Part shown: piece by piece, positions 51,452-64,000 of the stretch
Layout: each line of letters starts with the position of its first letter
Numbering within the stretch: the first letter of the stretch is position 1
DNA from: an uncultured delta proteobacterium
Lineage (GTDB): Bacteria > Myxococcota > Myxococcia > Myxococcales > Myxococcaceae
Direction: 5' to 3'
Length of the DNA: 64,000 bases
Assembly: GCA_963771175.1 (NCBI GenBank)
Contig: CAVYSY010000033.1
Location: 256,001 to 320,000 of the forward strand
The notes under the pieces: generated by a model
Database searches by the model: none
What the model saw: only the letters and a program-made list of their open reading frames with translations
Told to the model about the DNA's origin: nothing
Made by a program: the position numbers and the translations under genes

Positions 51452-51618
51452 TGCGCTCTCCCGTGAGTGCGGCGGTCCATGGAGAGGACGCCGCCGATAC
51501 CGAGGCAGCCTCGGCTCCCTCGGTGCGGATGGAGAGCGCTGTCGCGGCGTGTGATGCCGGACACGACGAGCGCGGCTCAGCTCCGCAGCCCGGAGAGCGA
51601 GCGCCTGGGCTCGCCGCG

Positions 51619-53990
51619 TCAGCGCCGCTCGCGCACCACCAACGTCCGACGCGCGCTGAGTCCCCGGTCATCCGAGACGAGAATCTCGTGGGTGCCCGGC
51701 GAGGGAGCCCACCACACCCGCTCGTCCGCGTGCGCCTTGCCCAGGAAGATCGCCGTCCACGAACCACGTCAGCTCCCCGTCTCCGGCGGCCTCGGCCTCC
51801 AGCGGCACCTCCTGCTGCGTCCGCCGCCACGCCCGGGATGAGCAGCGCCACCTGTCCCTCTCCGGGCGAGATGATCTCCGGCGCCGCCGTGCGCCCCGCA
51901 GGCTCGCAGCCAGGTGCATGAGCGGGGGGCTGGGGCAGCAGGCGGTGCTGCTCGGTCAGCCAGCGCCGGATGCTCGCCGGCCAGGTGAGGTACACGCGCG
52001 ACTCCGTCTGCCTCCCAGCCCGGCACGTGGGGCTCACCGCCAACCCCGTCTTCACGTCCACCTCCACCCGCAGGTGATAGGGACAGGGCACGGTCGGCAC
52101 GTGGCTACGCTTCGCGTACACCCTGCGCCGCTGGGTACACGCCTCGGTGGGCAGGTGACCCGACCAGGCGCAGACCTCCACCTGGGTGAGCTCCGAGGGC
52201 ACCACCGCGTCCGCGTCCTCGAGCCGTCCCCGAGGACCCAGTGCCTCCAGGATGTCGAAGAGGATCGGCCCCGACGCGTCCGCGCCCACCAGGTGCACGC
52301 TGGGGGAGTTGTCGAAGTTGCCCACCCACACCACGGCGGTGTGCCGGGGCCCCGAGCCCGCCGCCCACGCGTCGCGGTGGCCGAAGCTCGTCCCCGTCTT
52401 CCAGTGCACCCGCGGTGGCAGGCCCGTCAGCTTGCGGCGAGCCGGGAAGTCCGGCCGATCCTTCAGGGACAGCGCACGCCGGGTGAGCCATGCCGCCCCG
52501 GGGGAGAAGAGCGCCTGTGCGTCGGCCTCGGACTGGCCCTCCTCCAGCAGCTTCAGCGGGCGCGCGTGGCCGTTCTCGGCGAGGGCCACGTAGACGCCCG
52601 CCACCTCCAGCGGCGTGAGCTCGATGCCGCCCACCGCCGCGGACAGCCCGTAGTGGCCCGGGTCCGGGTGCAGGCTCGTCACTCCGGCCAGCCGCAGCGC
52701 CCCCAGGAAGCGCTCCACCCCGAGCCGCTGCAGCAGCTTCACGAAGGGCAGGTTGAGCGACTGCGAGAGCGCGTCCTCCAGCCGCACCAGCCCCTGGAAG
52801 CGCCCGTCGAAGTTGCGCGGCGCGTAGGTGCCATACGCGACCGGGATGTCCGCCACCAGTTGCTCGGGCCCGGCCAGCCCCTGGTCGATGGCCAGCGCGT
52901 AGATGAGCGGCTTGAGCGCCGAGCCCGGCGAGCGTGTCGTGGCGAAGCCCGGGAGCTGCCCGCCGTGCGCCGTGTCGAAGAAGTCGAAGTTGCCCACCAG
53001 CGCGATCACTTCCGCGCGCTCGCGGTCCACCACCACCGCCGTCCCGTTGTGGATGCCCTTGGCGGCCAGCTCGGGAGCGGCGTCCAGCATCGCCCGCTCC
53101 ACCAGCCGCTGCGCGCCCGCGTCCAGCGTGGTGCGCAGCCGTGCCTGCCCGGGCCGCTGCGCCCGCAGCCATACCGCCGCGTGCGGCGCCTCGCGGGGAA
53201 AGGGCGTGAGCCGCGAAGGCACGGCCGTGGCCCGCACCTCCGCTAGCGCCGCCTCCGGCGTCACCCGAGCCTCCTTCGGACCCAGCGGCAGGGCCTCCTC
53301 GTCGAAGAGCCGCTGCGCCACCTCGTCCCGTGCCGTCTTCAGCCGCGCCGCGTTCTCCGGCGTGGGGAAGCGGCGGTTCGGGTTCTGTGGCACCGCCAGC
53401 AGCGTCGCCATCTCCGCCGGGCTCAGGTGCGTCGCCCGGTGCCCGAAGTACGCCAGTGCCGCCGCCTCCACCCCTTCCACGTTCCGCCCGTAGGGCACGA
53501 ACTGCAGATAGGCCGAGAGGATCTCCCGCTTGGACAGGCGCAGCTCCAACTGCGCTGCCCTCAGGGACTCGATGAACTTGGACGTCAGGGTGCGCGGCCG
53601 GGGCTCCAGCACCCGCACGAGCTGCATGGTCAGCGTGGACGCCCCGGACACCCGCCGGCCCCGCAGCACGTTCGTCACCGCCGCGCGGGCGACGGCGAGC
53701 GGATCCACTCCCACGTGCCAGTGGAAGCGCTTGTCCTCCAGCGCCAGCAACGCCCGGAGGTAGGCCGGGTCCACCTCCTCCAGCACCGTGGGCACCCGCC
53801 ACCGCTCATCCGGCGCCAGGAAGACGTGCGCCGGTGTGCCGTCCCGGTACTCCACCACCACCGAGTTCGGCGAGGAGAGGCGCTCGGGCAGAGGCAACAG
53901 CCAGGCCGCCGCGAGGGCGGCGAGACAGAGGCACAGGAGGAAGAGGGCTCCCTGGAGAACCCTCTTCCGGGAGAGACGAAGTGCCGGCAT
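51619..53990 (-). CDS. pbpC: Penicillin-binding protein 1C; frameshifts in the last ~200 bp
   Basis: EDKRF, GASTLTMQ, GSALKP, QSLN, KTGTSFGHRDAW; near alpha-2-macroglobulin. Confidence 0.93.
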
Positions 53991-54033
53991 GGAAATCGAA
54001 AACCCCACCAGAGGGGTGACGTGAAGGGCTCGC

Positions 54034-55233
54034 TCAGCCCAACACGAGGGGCAGCGAGGTGTAGCCCAGGCTCACCTGGGCCGCCCGCTGCCGCACCGCG
54101 GCCGCCTCTCCCCGGCCGAGCGTGGGGTAGCGGTCCAGGAAGGCATTCAGGGTGACGCGCGCCTCCAGCCGGGCCAGCGGGGCGCCCAGGCAGAAGTGGG
54201 TGCCCAGCCCGAAGCCCAGGTGCTGGCTATTCGTCGGGCGCTCCGGCCAGAACGTGTCCGGATCCTCGAAGACGGCGGGGTCCCTGTTCGCCGCCCCGTA
54301 GAACATGTCCACCAGCTCGCCCGCGGGGATCTCCACCTCTCCCACCCGCACCGGCCGGGTCGTCACCCGGGGGAAGCGCTGCACGGGGCTCTCGTAGCGC
54401 AACACCTCCTCGAGGATGGGATCCACCAGCGAGCGGTCCTCGCGCGCCCGCTTCCACAGCTCGGGGCGATCCGCGAGCAACGCCATCATGTTGCCAATGA
54501 GGTTGGTCGTCGTCTCATTGCCCGCGATGAGCAGCACCGCGGCGAAGCTGCGGATCTCCGCATCCGCCAGCGAGGCGCCCTCGACCTCGGCCGCGATGAG
54601 CGCCGAGATCAGATCCTCCGTGGGCTGGGCGCGGCGCGCGGCGATGGCTCTATCCAGATAGGCCCCCATCTCCGCCACCCGCCGGCCCCGCTCCTCCGCT
54701 GGCATCCCCGCGTAGGCGATGACGGCCTGGGACCAGAGCCTGAAGGACGGGTAGTCCTCGTCGGCCACCCCGAGCATCCCGGCGATGACCCGCGTCGGCA
54801 GGGGAATGGAGTAGGCCGACATGAGCTCCACCGGGCCCCGCCCGGCACTGTCGAGCAGCTCGCGGACGATCCCAGAGATCCACGACTCGAGCGTGGCGAT
54901 GCGCTGGGGACTGAAAACCTTGCTCACCAGGCGCCGCAGGTGGGTGTGGTGGGGCGGGTCGTCGTGCAGCAGCGAGAGCTTGGGAAGCGTCTTGAGCACC
55001 GACGGGGACTTCGAGGAGTACGTGGCCGGATCTCGAATCGCGGCGAGCACGTCGGCATGGCGGAGCAGTGCCCAGGCATAGAGGGGCTCGGTGCGACCCG
55101 AGATGGGACCCGCGGGCAGGCGCAGGTAACGCACCGGAGAGGACTGCTGGAAGAGGCGGTAGGCCGGATAGGGATTGGCGATACCCTCGGGGGAACCAAG
55201 CACGTCCGGGGACAGCGAGTCGGGCAGGCGCAT
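54034..55233 (-). CDS. Cytochrome P450
   Basis: DPPHHTHLR, AGNETT, EEVLRY, FGLGTHFCLG. Confidence 0.95.
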   Translation of the reverse strand: MRLPDSLSPDVLGSPEGIANPYPAYRLFQQSSPVRYLRLPAGPISGRTEPLYAWALLRHADVLAAIRDPATYSSKSPSVLKTLPKLSLLHDDPPHHTHLRRLVSKVFSPQRIATLESWISGIVRELLDSAGRGPVELMSAYSIPLPTRVIAGMLGVADEDYPSFRLWSQAVIAYAGMPAEERGRRVAEMGAYLDRAIAARRAQPTEDLISALIAAEVEGASLADAEIRSFAAVLLIAGNETTTNLIGNMMALLADRPELWKRAREDRSLVDPILEEVLRYESPVQRFPRVTTRPVRVGEVEIPAGELVDMFYGAANRDPAVFEDPDTFWPERPTNSQHLGFGLGTHFCLGAPLARLEARVTLNAFLDRYPTLGRGEAAAVRQRAAQVSLGYTSLPLVLG

Positions 55234-55331
55234 GGACCGCCATGTTACCAGGACGCTCGTTCGGTCCCGAGGGCCTCGGCCTCCACATGTGCCCACTCCC
55301 TCCCCAAGGGAGGGAGCGGGTGGCTTGAGGC

Positions 55332-55359
55332 CAGCAGGAAGTCCGCCCAGGGGCCGGAG
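55332..55359. repeat. 28-bp direct repeat, copy 1 (intergenic copy of A2M gene 3' end)
   Basis: CAGCAGGAAGTCCGCCCAGGGGCCGGAG identical to 60940..60967. Confidence 0.9.
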
Positions 55360-55587
55360 CGCTCATGGGCGGCACCCACCATGGAGTCCACCCTGTCAAT
55401 CACCAAGCAAGCACTAAGTCGGAAACCGAATACCATCTTGCTCCTACTGTCGTTCCTCTGCCAATAGACGAGCCCAGCACCCCACGAGCGTCCTGGTGAC
55501 CTGACCCGACCCGAAGCCCTGCAGAGAGCCAGGAGAGGTCGCCTCGCCGTCCCGAGGGAGCGCAGATTCCACCGAGGGACAGTCTTC

Positions 55588-58500
55588 ATGGTCGGCATTC
55601 CAGGCTACACGCTCATCGACAAGCTCAAGTCGACTGGCACGAACATCTTGTACCACGCGGTCCGCGATGCCGATCGCCTGCCTGTGATTGTCAAGATGCC
55701 CCTGTCCGCGCACCCCGGTCCGCGAGAGCTCGAGCACTACCGTCGCGAGCACGCCATCCTGCAGCAGCTCCGAGAGGTGCGCGGCGTCACCAGGGTCCTC
55801 GGCTGCGAGCTGAGCAACGGGCGTCCGGTGCTCCTGCTGGAAGGAGATGCGGGAAAGGCCCTGTCCGAGTCCGTGGGACTACCGTTCGAGGTGAGCCACT
55901 TCCTCGAGCTGGCCATCTCCCTGGCGTCGACCCTCGCGGAGCTCCACCGCCACGGCGTCATCCACAAGGACCTCAAGCCCTCCAACATCATCCTCCTGCC
56001 CTCGGGAGAGACGCGCATCATCGACTTCGGGACCGCCACGCACCAGAGCGTCGAGCACGTGGAGGCGGCGCCCGCGAACCTGATCGAAGGAACCCTGGCC
56101 TACATGTCCCCGGAGCAGACCGGGCGCATGAACCGGACGGTGGACTACCGCACCGACCTGTACTCCCTGGGGGTGACGTTCTACGAGCTGCTGACGGGCA
56201 CCCTGCCCTTCCACGGGCGCGACGCGCTGGAATGGTTCCACGCCCACATGGCCCAGGCCCCGAGGCCCCCGCACGAGCGCATTCCGACCGTGCCCCCCAG
56301 CCTGTCCGCCATCGTGATGAAGCTGCTCGCCAAGGTGGCCGAGGAGCGCTACCAGGGCGCCGATGGACTGAAGGCCGATCTCGTGCGGTGCCGGGAGGCG
56401 CTGAGCCGTGGCGAGCGCGAGACGTTCCCCCTGGGAGAGCACGACAGCCCCACCCACTTCCAGATGCCCCAGCGGCTCTACGGGCGCGAGACGCAGGTGG
56501 AAACCCTGCTCCAGGCCTTCGAGCGAATCGCCCGGGGTGGGCGCCGGAGCTCGTCCTGCTCAGCGGCTACTCCGGCGTCGGGAAATCGGCGGTGGTCCAT
56601 GAGCTGTACCGGCCGATCGTGCAGCGGCGCGGTCTCTTCCTGTACGGCAAGTTCGACCAGTTCCAGCGGGACATCCCCTATGCCACCCTGGCCCAGGGCA
56701 TCCGAGGACTGGTGCGGCAGCTCCTGGCCGGCACCGACGCGGAGCTCGAGACGTGGCGCGGGCAACTGCGGGAGGCGTCGGAGGACAACGGACAGCTCCT
56801 CGTGGATCTGGTCCCGCAGCTCGAGCTCGTCGTGGGCAAGCAGCCGGCCCTCCCGGAGCTCCCGCCCACCGAGGCGCAGAACCGCTTCGACCGGGTGTTC
56901 CAGCGCTTCCTCGGGGTCCTCTCCACCCCCGAGCACCCGCTCGTCATCTTCCTGGATGACCTGCAGTGGGCCGACCTGGCCAGCCTCCGGCTCATCCAGC
57001 ACCTCCTCACCCACCCGGATACGCATCCGGTGTTGATGATCGGCGCCTACCGCGACAACGAGGTCAGCCCGTCCCACCCGCTGATGCTGGCGCGGGAGGA
57101 GCTGCTGAAGGGCGGCTCGCGGGTGGCCGACCTCCGGCTCGAGCCACTGAAGCTGGAGCAGCTCCAGCAGATCATCGCGGATGCGCTCCCGGGCGCGGGG
57201 CGGGAGATCGTCGAGCCCCTCGCGGAGCTGGCCCACGAGAAGACCGGGGGCAACCCGTTCTTCTTCCTCCAGCTCATGCGGACGTTGAACCAGGATGGAC
57301 TCCTGACCCGCACGCCCGAGGGCGTCTGGCGGTGGGATGCCGTGGGCGTCCGGGCCAAGGCGTACTCCGACAACGTCGTCGACTTCCTGGTGGGCAAGCT
57401 GCGCCAGCTCCCTCCGGTGACCCAGCACCTGCTGCTCCTGTCGGCGTGCGCGGGGAATGCCTTCCCACTCCAGACGCTGGCCATCATCTCCGACAAGACG
57501 GTGGAAGAGGTGGAACAGGGCCTCGAGCCCGCGCTCCAGGAAGGCCTGGTGATGCGCGGAGGCCAGGAGCAGTACCGGTTCCTCCACGACCGCATCCAAC
57601 AGGCGGCCCACTCCCTCAGCACCGAGGAGGAGCGCAAGGCCATCCACCTGCGCATCGGCCGCCTGCTGCTGGCGAGCCTGCCCCCGGAGGAGGTGCGGGA
57701 GAAGGTCTTCGACGTGGTGAACCAGTTCAACGCCGGGGCGGAGCTGATCCACTCCCCCGAGGAGCGCCAGCACATCGCGCACTTGAACGCCGAGGCCGGC
57801 TGGAAGGCCCAGGCCTCGACCGCGCACCGCTCGGCCATCGCCTATTTCACGGCGGCCCTCCAGCTCCTCCCGGGGGACCCCTGGGAGTTGGATCCCGAGT
57901 GGACCTTCAAGCTGAGCCTCCAGCGGGCGACCAGCGAGTTCATGAGCGGCAACGCGGCCGAGGCGCGCCTCCTCGTGGAGGCACTCCGTGCTCGGGCGCG
58001 CAACCCCTCGGACCTGGCGGCGGTCTCCCGGCTGCTGAACGACATCCACCTCGCCGCCGGAGAGATCCAGGCGGCCGTCACCTGTCTCCTGGAGTGCCTC
58101 GCCTCGCTGGGCATGCCCATGTCACCGCACCCCTCCCAGGAGGAGGTGGCGTCCGCCAACGCGGAGTTGTTGGCCCTCCTGGGGGAGCGCCCCATCGAGA
58201 GCCTCCTCGAGCTGCCCCTCATGACGGACCCGGACATGAAGGTGACGATGAGCGTCCTCGCCGCCCTGTTCACGCCCGCGCTCTTCACCGACAACAACCT
58301 GCTCGTCCTCCACCTCAGCCGGATGGTCCTCCTCTCCCTCCGGCACGGCAACAGCGAGGCCGCCGCGCATGGTTATGCGTGGTACGGCATCGTGCTGGGC
58401 TCCTCCCTCAAGAAGTACCGGGAAGGTCATGCCTTCGGCGAGCTGGCCCTGGCCCTCATCGAGCGCCACGACTTCTCCGCCTCCCGGGCGAAGGTCCTCT

Positions 58501-60901
58501 ACACGCTGGAGTTGCTCAACTTCTGGACGCGGCCCATGGCCCGCTCCCTGGCGCTCATCCGCGAGTCCTTCCAGTACGCGGTTCCGGCGGGTGACTTCCA
58601 GAGCGCCTGCTATTGCTGCAACCACATCGTCACGGATCGCCTCGCCCTGGGGCACGAGCTCGATGAGGTCTACCAGGAGTCGATCGCGCGCCTCGATTTC
58701 GCGCGCAAGGCCGGCTACCAGGCCGTGCAGCAGGTCATCCACCACACCCAGCGCTACGTGCAGCAGCTTCAAGGCCTCTCGCCCTCCTTCTGCTCGCTGA
58801 GCGGTGAGGACTTCGAGGAAGAGGCCTTCGAGGCCGAGCTGTCGGCGAAGAAGCACCTGAGCACCGTGGAGTGCTGGTACTGGGTCCTCAAGATGCAGTC
58901 GCGCTTCATGTGCGGCGCGTACGAGGAGGCACGTCAGGCGTCGGCCAGGGCCGCGGAGTTCCTCTGGTCCTCGTGGGGCCACATCCAACTGCTGGACTTC
59001 CACTTCTATAGCGCCCTGTCCCTGGCCGCCTGCTGCGAGGACGCGACGCCGGAAGCGCGGCGGGAGTACCTCGAGGCCCTGCGGCGGCACCACCAACAGC
59101 TCGAGGAGTGGGCGGGCCACTGCCCCGAGAACTTCCGCGCGCCCGAGCGGATGGTCTCGGCGGAGCTCGCCCGGCTCGAGGGCAGGAGGGACGAGGCGCT
59201 CAACGCCTACGAGGAGGCGCTCCAATCGGCCCGCGAGAACGGCTTCATCCAGAACGTCGGCCTCGCGAGCGAGCTCGCGGCGAGGTTCTGGCAGAAGCGG
59301 CAGGTGCCGACCATCGCCCTGGCCTACGCCCGCGAGGCCCGCGAGGCGTACCGGACGTGGGGAGCCCATGGCAAGGTCCAGCAGTTGGACGACCAGTGGC
59401 CCTTCCACTCGGGACTGGCGAATGGTGCGAGCACCCGCTCCTTCGATACGAGCTCGACGCAGGTCGACGCGCTCACCGTGGTGAAGGCCCAGCAGGCCAT
59501 CTCCGGGGAGATCGTTCAGGAGCAGCTGGTGTCCACGCTGTTGCAGGTGGCCATCGAGAACGCGGGCGCCCAGCGCGGTGCCCTGCTGCGCCCGCACGGC
59601 AACAAGCTCCGACTCGTGGCCATCTCCGGCGACGCGGAGGGCGGCACCGTGGTCCTCCCGGACGAGGGCTCCACCCACGAGCTGCCGTGGTCGCTCCTCG
59701 CCTACGTCAAGCGCTCGCACGAGCACGTGCTCATCGGCGATGCCTCGCGCCCCCATGCCTACGCCTCCGACCGGTACTTCGAGCGCGGCGGGGCCAGGTC
59801 GGTGCTCTGCCTGCCGCTGCTGCGCCAGGAGGAGCTCGTCGGAGTGCTGTACCTGGAGAACAGCCTCGCCACCGATGCCTTCAACCCGGCCCGCATCACG
59901 CTGCTCGGGCACATCGCCTCCCAGGCCGCCATCTCACTCGAGCACGCGCGGCTCTATGCCGACGTCCAGCGCGCCAGGACCGACCTGCGCCACGCCAACG
60001 ATGAGCTGGAGCGGCGGGTGGACGAGCGCACGCACGAGCTGAAGGAAGCCCAGGCCCGGCTCGTGGAGATGGCGCGTGCGGCGGGCATGTCCGAGATCGC
60101 CTCCAACGTGCTGCACAACGTGGGCAACGTCCTCACCAGCGCCGTCGTCAACCTGGAGATGATGCGCCATGCGGTGGGCGCGTCGCGAGTCGTCCGGGTG
60201 AGAGCAGGTGGCCTCCCTGCTCGAGGAGAACCGCGCGGAGCTGGCGGGCTTCCTCACGAAGGATCCGCGGGGCAGCCGCCTGCCCGACTACCTCTCCGCG
60301 CTCGCGACCGAGCTCACCCACGAGCAGACGGTCCTGCAGGAGAACCTGGACGCCATGAACAGGCACCTCGAGCACATCCGGGCCATCGTCCAGGTGCAGC
60401 AGACCTACGCCAAGAGCTCGATCCTCACCGAGGAGTGCAACCTCGCGCAGCTCATCGACGACACCCTGCGCATCCAGTACGCCGCGCTCCAGCGGCACGG
60501 CGTCACCGTCACACGCGAGGTCATCCCCCTCCCCATGGTGCGGCTGGACAAGCACAAGGTGATGCAGATCCTCATCAACCTCATCGGCAACGCCAAGTAC
60601 GCCATGGACGAGATGCCCGAGGGGCAGCGACACCTGCGCGTGCGGCTCACCGCCGAGAAGGGGTGGGCGCGCATCCAGGTGACGGACAGTGGCATGGGCA
60701 TCGCGCCGGAGGTCCGCGGGAAGCTCTTCTCGCACGGCTTCACCACGCGCAAGGAGGGCCACGGCTTCGGCCTGCACTCGAGCGCCTTGGCGGCGAAGAT
60801 GCTGGGGGGCTATCTGACGCTGGAGAGCGAGGGGCCCAACCAGGGGGCCACGGCCACGCTGGAGATTCCGCTCACGCCCGAGAGCCAAGCGGGAGGAGTG
60901 A
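55588..60901 (+). CDS. Ser/Thr kinase-AAA ATPase-GAF-histidine kinase; frameshifts near 56542 and 60200, 3' end uncertain
   Basis: IHKDLKPSN, IDFG, YMSPEQTG; GYSGVGKS, LDDLQWAD; GVLYLEN; VLHNVGN, NLIGNA, DSGMG, GHGFGL. Confidence 0.88.
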
Positions 60902-60936
60902 GCCCCCCTCCCGAAGGAGGGGGGAAGGAGTGCGGA

Positions 60937-63900
60937 CTACAGCAGGAAGTCCGCCCAGGGGCCGGAGACCTCGACCGAGCCTCCCGCCTCGCGCGCCCAG
61001 ATGCGCGGGTCGTACATCGCCTCCGCCTCCACCGGCGGCAGCGTGAACTTGCCCGACGTCACCGCGCGCACCGCGTAGACCACCTTCTTCGACTCGCCCG
61101 CGTCGAGGCCGCCGAACACCTCCACCCGGTCGTCCCGGATGTTCACGTAGTCCGCGCTCCACTGGTCATCGGCGGAGGCCCACTCCACCTGGCCTCCGCG
61201 CCCGAGCCGAGCGTTCTCGATCTCCCAGCCCGCCGGCAGCCGGTCCACCAGCGCGATGTTCTGGATGCGCTCGCCGGAGGTGTTCTTCAGCTCCACCTCC
61301 ACGTAGACGAGGTCCGCCAGCTTCACCGACCCGCCCTGCACGTCGAGCACGTTGCCCTCGAGGTCGCGGTAGCGCCGCTCGAGGGTGAGCCCCTCGCCGC
61401 CCGTGCGATACTGCCCATCCACGCGCACGCCGTCGCTCGCGAGCACCAGGTACAGCTTGCCGTCGCCCTTCTCCGGGACCTTCAGGCTCAGGCCCTTGCG
61501 CTCGCTGGCGCGCACCAGCGCCCACGTCCGATCCGAGGCGCGCTGCTTGCTTCCCTGCTGCACGGCGACCTCCTTGCCGTCCGCCGTCAGCACCGGGGGA
61601 GAGAACTTCGAGGCCGCTCCCGCCACGCGCTTGCCCAGGCCGGTGATGCCCCAGACGAGCTCCTGGGTGGTGTAGTAGCCGCTGCGCTCCTGCTTGAGGG
61701 CCTCGGCCACGCGCTGTGCGAGCGGCTCGCCCGCCGCGTCGTTCCCGAACAGGTCCTGGAACGTGCTCAGCATGAAGCCGCGCCGGCGCCGGTCCGAGTA
61801 GAAGGACCAGCTGTTCCACCGCTCGTCCAACACGGCCGAGACGTCCGGGTTGCGCAGGTCCTTCTCGTAGCGGCGGTCCCCGGCCAGATACAGCGCTGCC
61901 TTGAGCATGTACTCCTGCTCGGCGCGCTGGCTGTCGCTGTAGAACTCCTGGCTCCCGAGCTGGTCCACGAGCTTCTGCGCCCGCGCCTTGTGGCCCTTGC
62001 CGGCCATGGACAGCACGTAGTGCATGTAGGCCTCGGCGCCGTCGTTGTAGGAGTCCGAGCCCGAGCGGTTCTCACGGCGAGCCACCTGCTGGTTCATCCA
62101 GCTCAGCGCGTTGTCGATGCGGTCCTGCGGCACCGCGTACTTGAGCTTCTGCGCGTCCAGCAGCATGTGCGTGGCGTAGGCCGTGCCCCACTCCACCGGC
62201 TCGGCGGAGCCCGGCCAGTAGCCGAAGCCGCCCGAGGGCGTCTGCATGGAGAGCACCCGGTTCACGCCCGACATCACCATGTCCTCCAGCTTCGCGTTGG
62301 CCGTGAGCGTCGGGTCCACGCTGTCGATGAGCTCGGAGACGTAGAGCAGCGGGCGGGTGGAGGACGTCGTCTGCTCGATGCAGCCGTGCGGGTATTGCAC
62401 CAGGTACGAGAGGTGCTGGAAGGACTCGGCGTAGGGGTTCGTCGTCACCCAGAACGTCGAGCGCTCGCTGGTGGGCAGCCAGCCCTGGAGGTACTGCGAC
62501 AGGTCCACCGTGCCGGTGGCCAGCTCGAGCCGCTGCACCTTCCGCTCGCGAGGGCCCGAGGGCAGGAAGGGCACGTCGAGCTGCTCGAAGGAGGTGTGTC
62601 CACCGCCCTCGGCCGTCACCTTGAGGCGAGCCGCGCCCACGGCCTGCACCGCCTTGGCTTGGAAGACGAGCGTGGCCGCCTTCCCGTCCTCCAGCTTCAC
62701 CTTGCCCTCGCTCTTGCCGAGCAGTTGCAGCGGCGACGCCATGGAGGCGGGCATCGCCATGCCCGGCACCGCGAGGTTCTCCGCGGTGAGGGACACCTTC
62801 ACGTCCTGCGCCTTGCCGGAGAGGTTGGTGACGAAGACGGGGATTTGAATCTCGTCCCCCTGGCTGAGGAAGCGAGGCAGCGTGGTCTGGAGCACGAGCG
62901 GGTCGCGCACGAGCACCTGCGCGGCGGCGTGGCCGATGCGCTTGGGGCCGCTCGTCACCACCATCACCCGCACCGCGCCGCGGTACTGGGGCAGCTTGAA
63001 GGGAACGCGCAGCTTGCCGTTGGAGGGCACCGGCAGCACGCCACTCCAGAGGGCCACCGGCTTCACCGGCTGCACACGGCCCGCCGCGCCGTCGCCGCCC
63101 TCGTCACCACCCGTGGAGCGGCTGGCACCCGCGGGAGGAATCAACAGCGTCCACCCGAGCGTCTCGTACGTCTGCACGCCGAGGGCCCGCTTGGTGAAGA
63201 GCGCCTGGAGGGGGTCGGGGCTCTGGAAGCGGGTGAGCGAGAGGATGCCCTCGTCCACCACCGCCACGGTGGCGAAGGTAGCCCTTCTCCACGGCGCCCA
63301 GCTCCACGTCCACCGTGAGGGTGTCGTTGGAGCGCACCTCCTTGGGCACGTTGAGGGTGACGGCCTGCGTGTAGTCCACGGGCTCCAGCGTCATGCTGGC
63401 CACGCCGAAAGCGCGGTCCGGCATGAAGGCCTCGGCGGACTCGAGGTGCGGGTCCTTCACCAGGAAGGTGCTGACGTAGACGTTGGGCGCGAAGGCCGAG
63501 GGCTTGAAGCTCCACGACACCTCGCCCGGCTCCACGGCCTTCCACTCGGCGGCCTGCACGCCGTCCGTCTCGGCGGTGAAGAGCATGCGGCCGCGGTAGG
63601 GCGCCTTCACCTTCACGGTGATGGAGTCCCCCACCTTCGCCGAGCGCGGCAGCTCCACCGCGAGCGAGGTGGGCCGCGCCGGCCGGGGCGTCTGGTCCAC
63701 GCGCGAGGAGGACTCGTCCCACCAGTAGTACCGGCCGTGGCCCTCGAGCTGCAGGTCCGTCTGCGCCGCGCCGGACTTCACGCGCACCACGTAGCCGCGC
63801 GGCGTCCATGGACGGCGTCACCTGGAAGGAGAACTTGCCGCCCTCGGGCTTGACGGTGGTGCGGCCCTCGCGCACGGGGCGCAGGTGGCGCTGGTAGCGC

Positions 63901-64000
63901 TCCTCACCGGACTCCTCGTCGTAGAAGTAGCCGTACTCCTCGTCCAGCCGCAGGTACTCCACCTCGAGGGGCTTGAGCGCCTTGCCGTACGCGGCGCCCT
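60937..64000 (-). CDS. Bacterial alpha-2-macroglobulin (YfhM-like), 5'-partial, frameshifts near 63275 and 63795
   Basis: AVVDEGILSLT, LPRFLSQGD, thioester YPHGCIEQTTS, DRLPAGWEIEN, AEAMYDP. Confidence 0.93.
60940..60967. repeat. 28-bp direct repeat, copy 2 (last codons of A2M gene)
   Basis: Identical to 55332..55359; encodes SGPWADFLL. Confidence 0.9.

Noticed and set aside
54034..55233. P450 or CotH kinase as tailoring enzyme for the peptide at 51284
   Set aside because: P450 is separated by pbpC, cotH is convergent and exported, and the cores fit ATP-grasp chemistry; no sequence support.
60208..63318. 1036-aa ORF fusing the His kinase to a long extension
   Set aside because: The extension is the antisense shadow of the A2M gene; stop probably lost near 60900.

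Overview
High-GC myxobacterial (Cystobacterineae-like, inferred from gene content) chromosomal segment. Left: expansin-like gene, an 859-aa divergent class III nucleotide-cyclase-like protein, RDD protein, small OM beta-barrel, TPR lipoprotein, double-FHA protein. 8.9-28.9 kb (minus strand): a secretin-less type III secretion cluster (sctV, U, T, S, R, Q, P, O, N, L, J, I-like) that keeps flagellar-type parts: FliO, a FliA/WhiG-type sigma factor, a possible FlgM-like protein and a stand-alone FlhB C-terminal copy. It has two needle-like subunits, and a shared sigma28-like promoter motif (AACT-N15-CGATAAT) lies upstream of three putative secreted genes. 29.8-37.0 kb: GbsR-type regulator plus LolD/FtsX-type ABC, LolA-like and OM barrel operon. 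Right: amine oxidase, TMTC-like glycosyltransferase, EAL protein, LVIVD lipoprotein, peptidase-PD40-Omp85 protein, degenerate PLD, CotH lipoprotein, an unannotated 55-aa plesiocin-like graspetide precursor, pbpC, P450, a Ser/Thr kinase-AAA-GAF-His kinase bracketed by a 28-bp direct repeat of the alpha-2-macroglobulin 3' end, and a partial alpha-2-macroglobulin. Many single-base frameshifts (very dense at 30.8-36.5 kb) look like sequencing errors. No RNA genes, CRISPR arrays or transposases were seen. All product calls come from motif recognition, not database searches.
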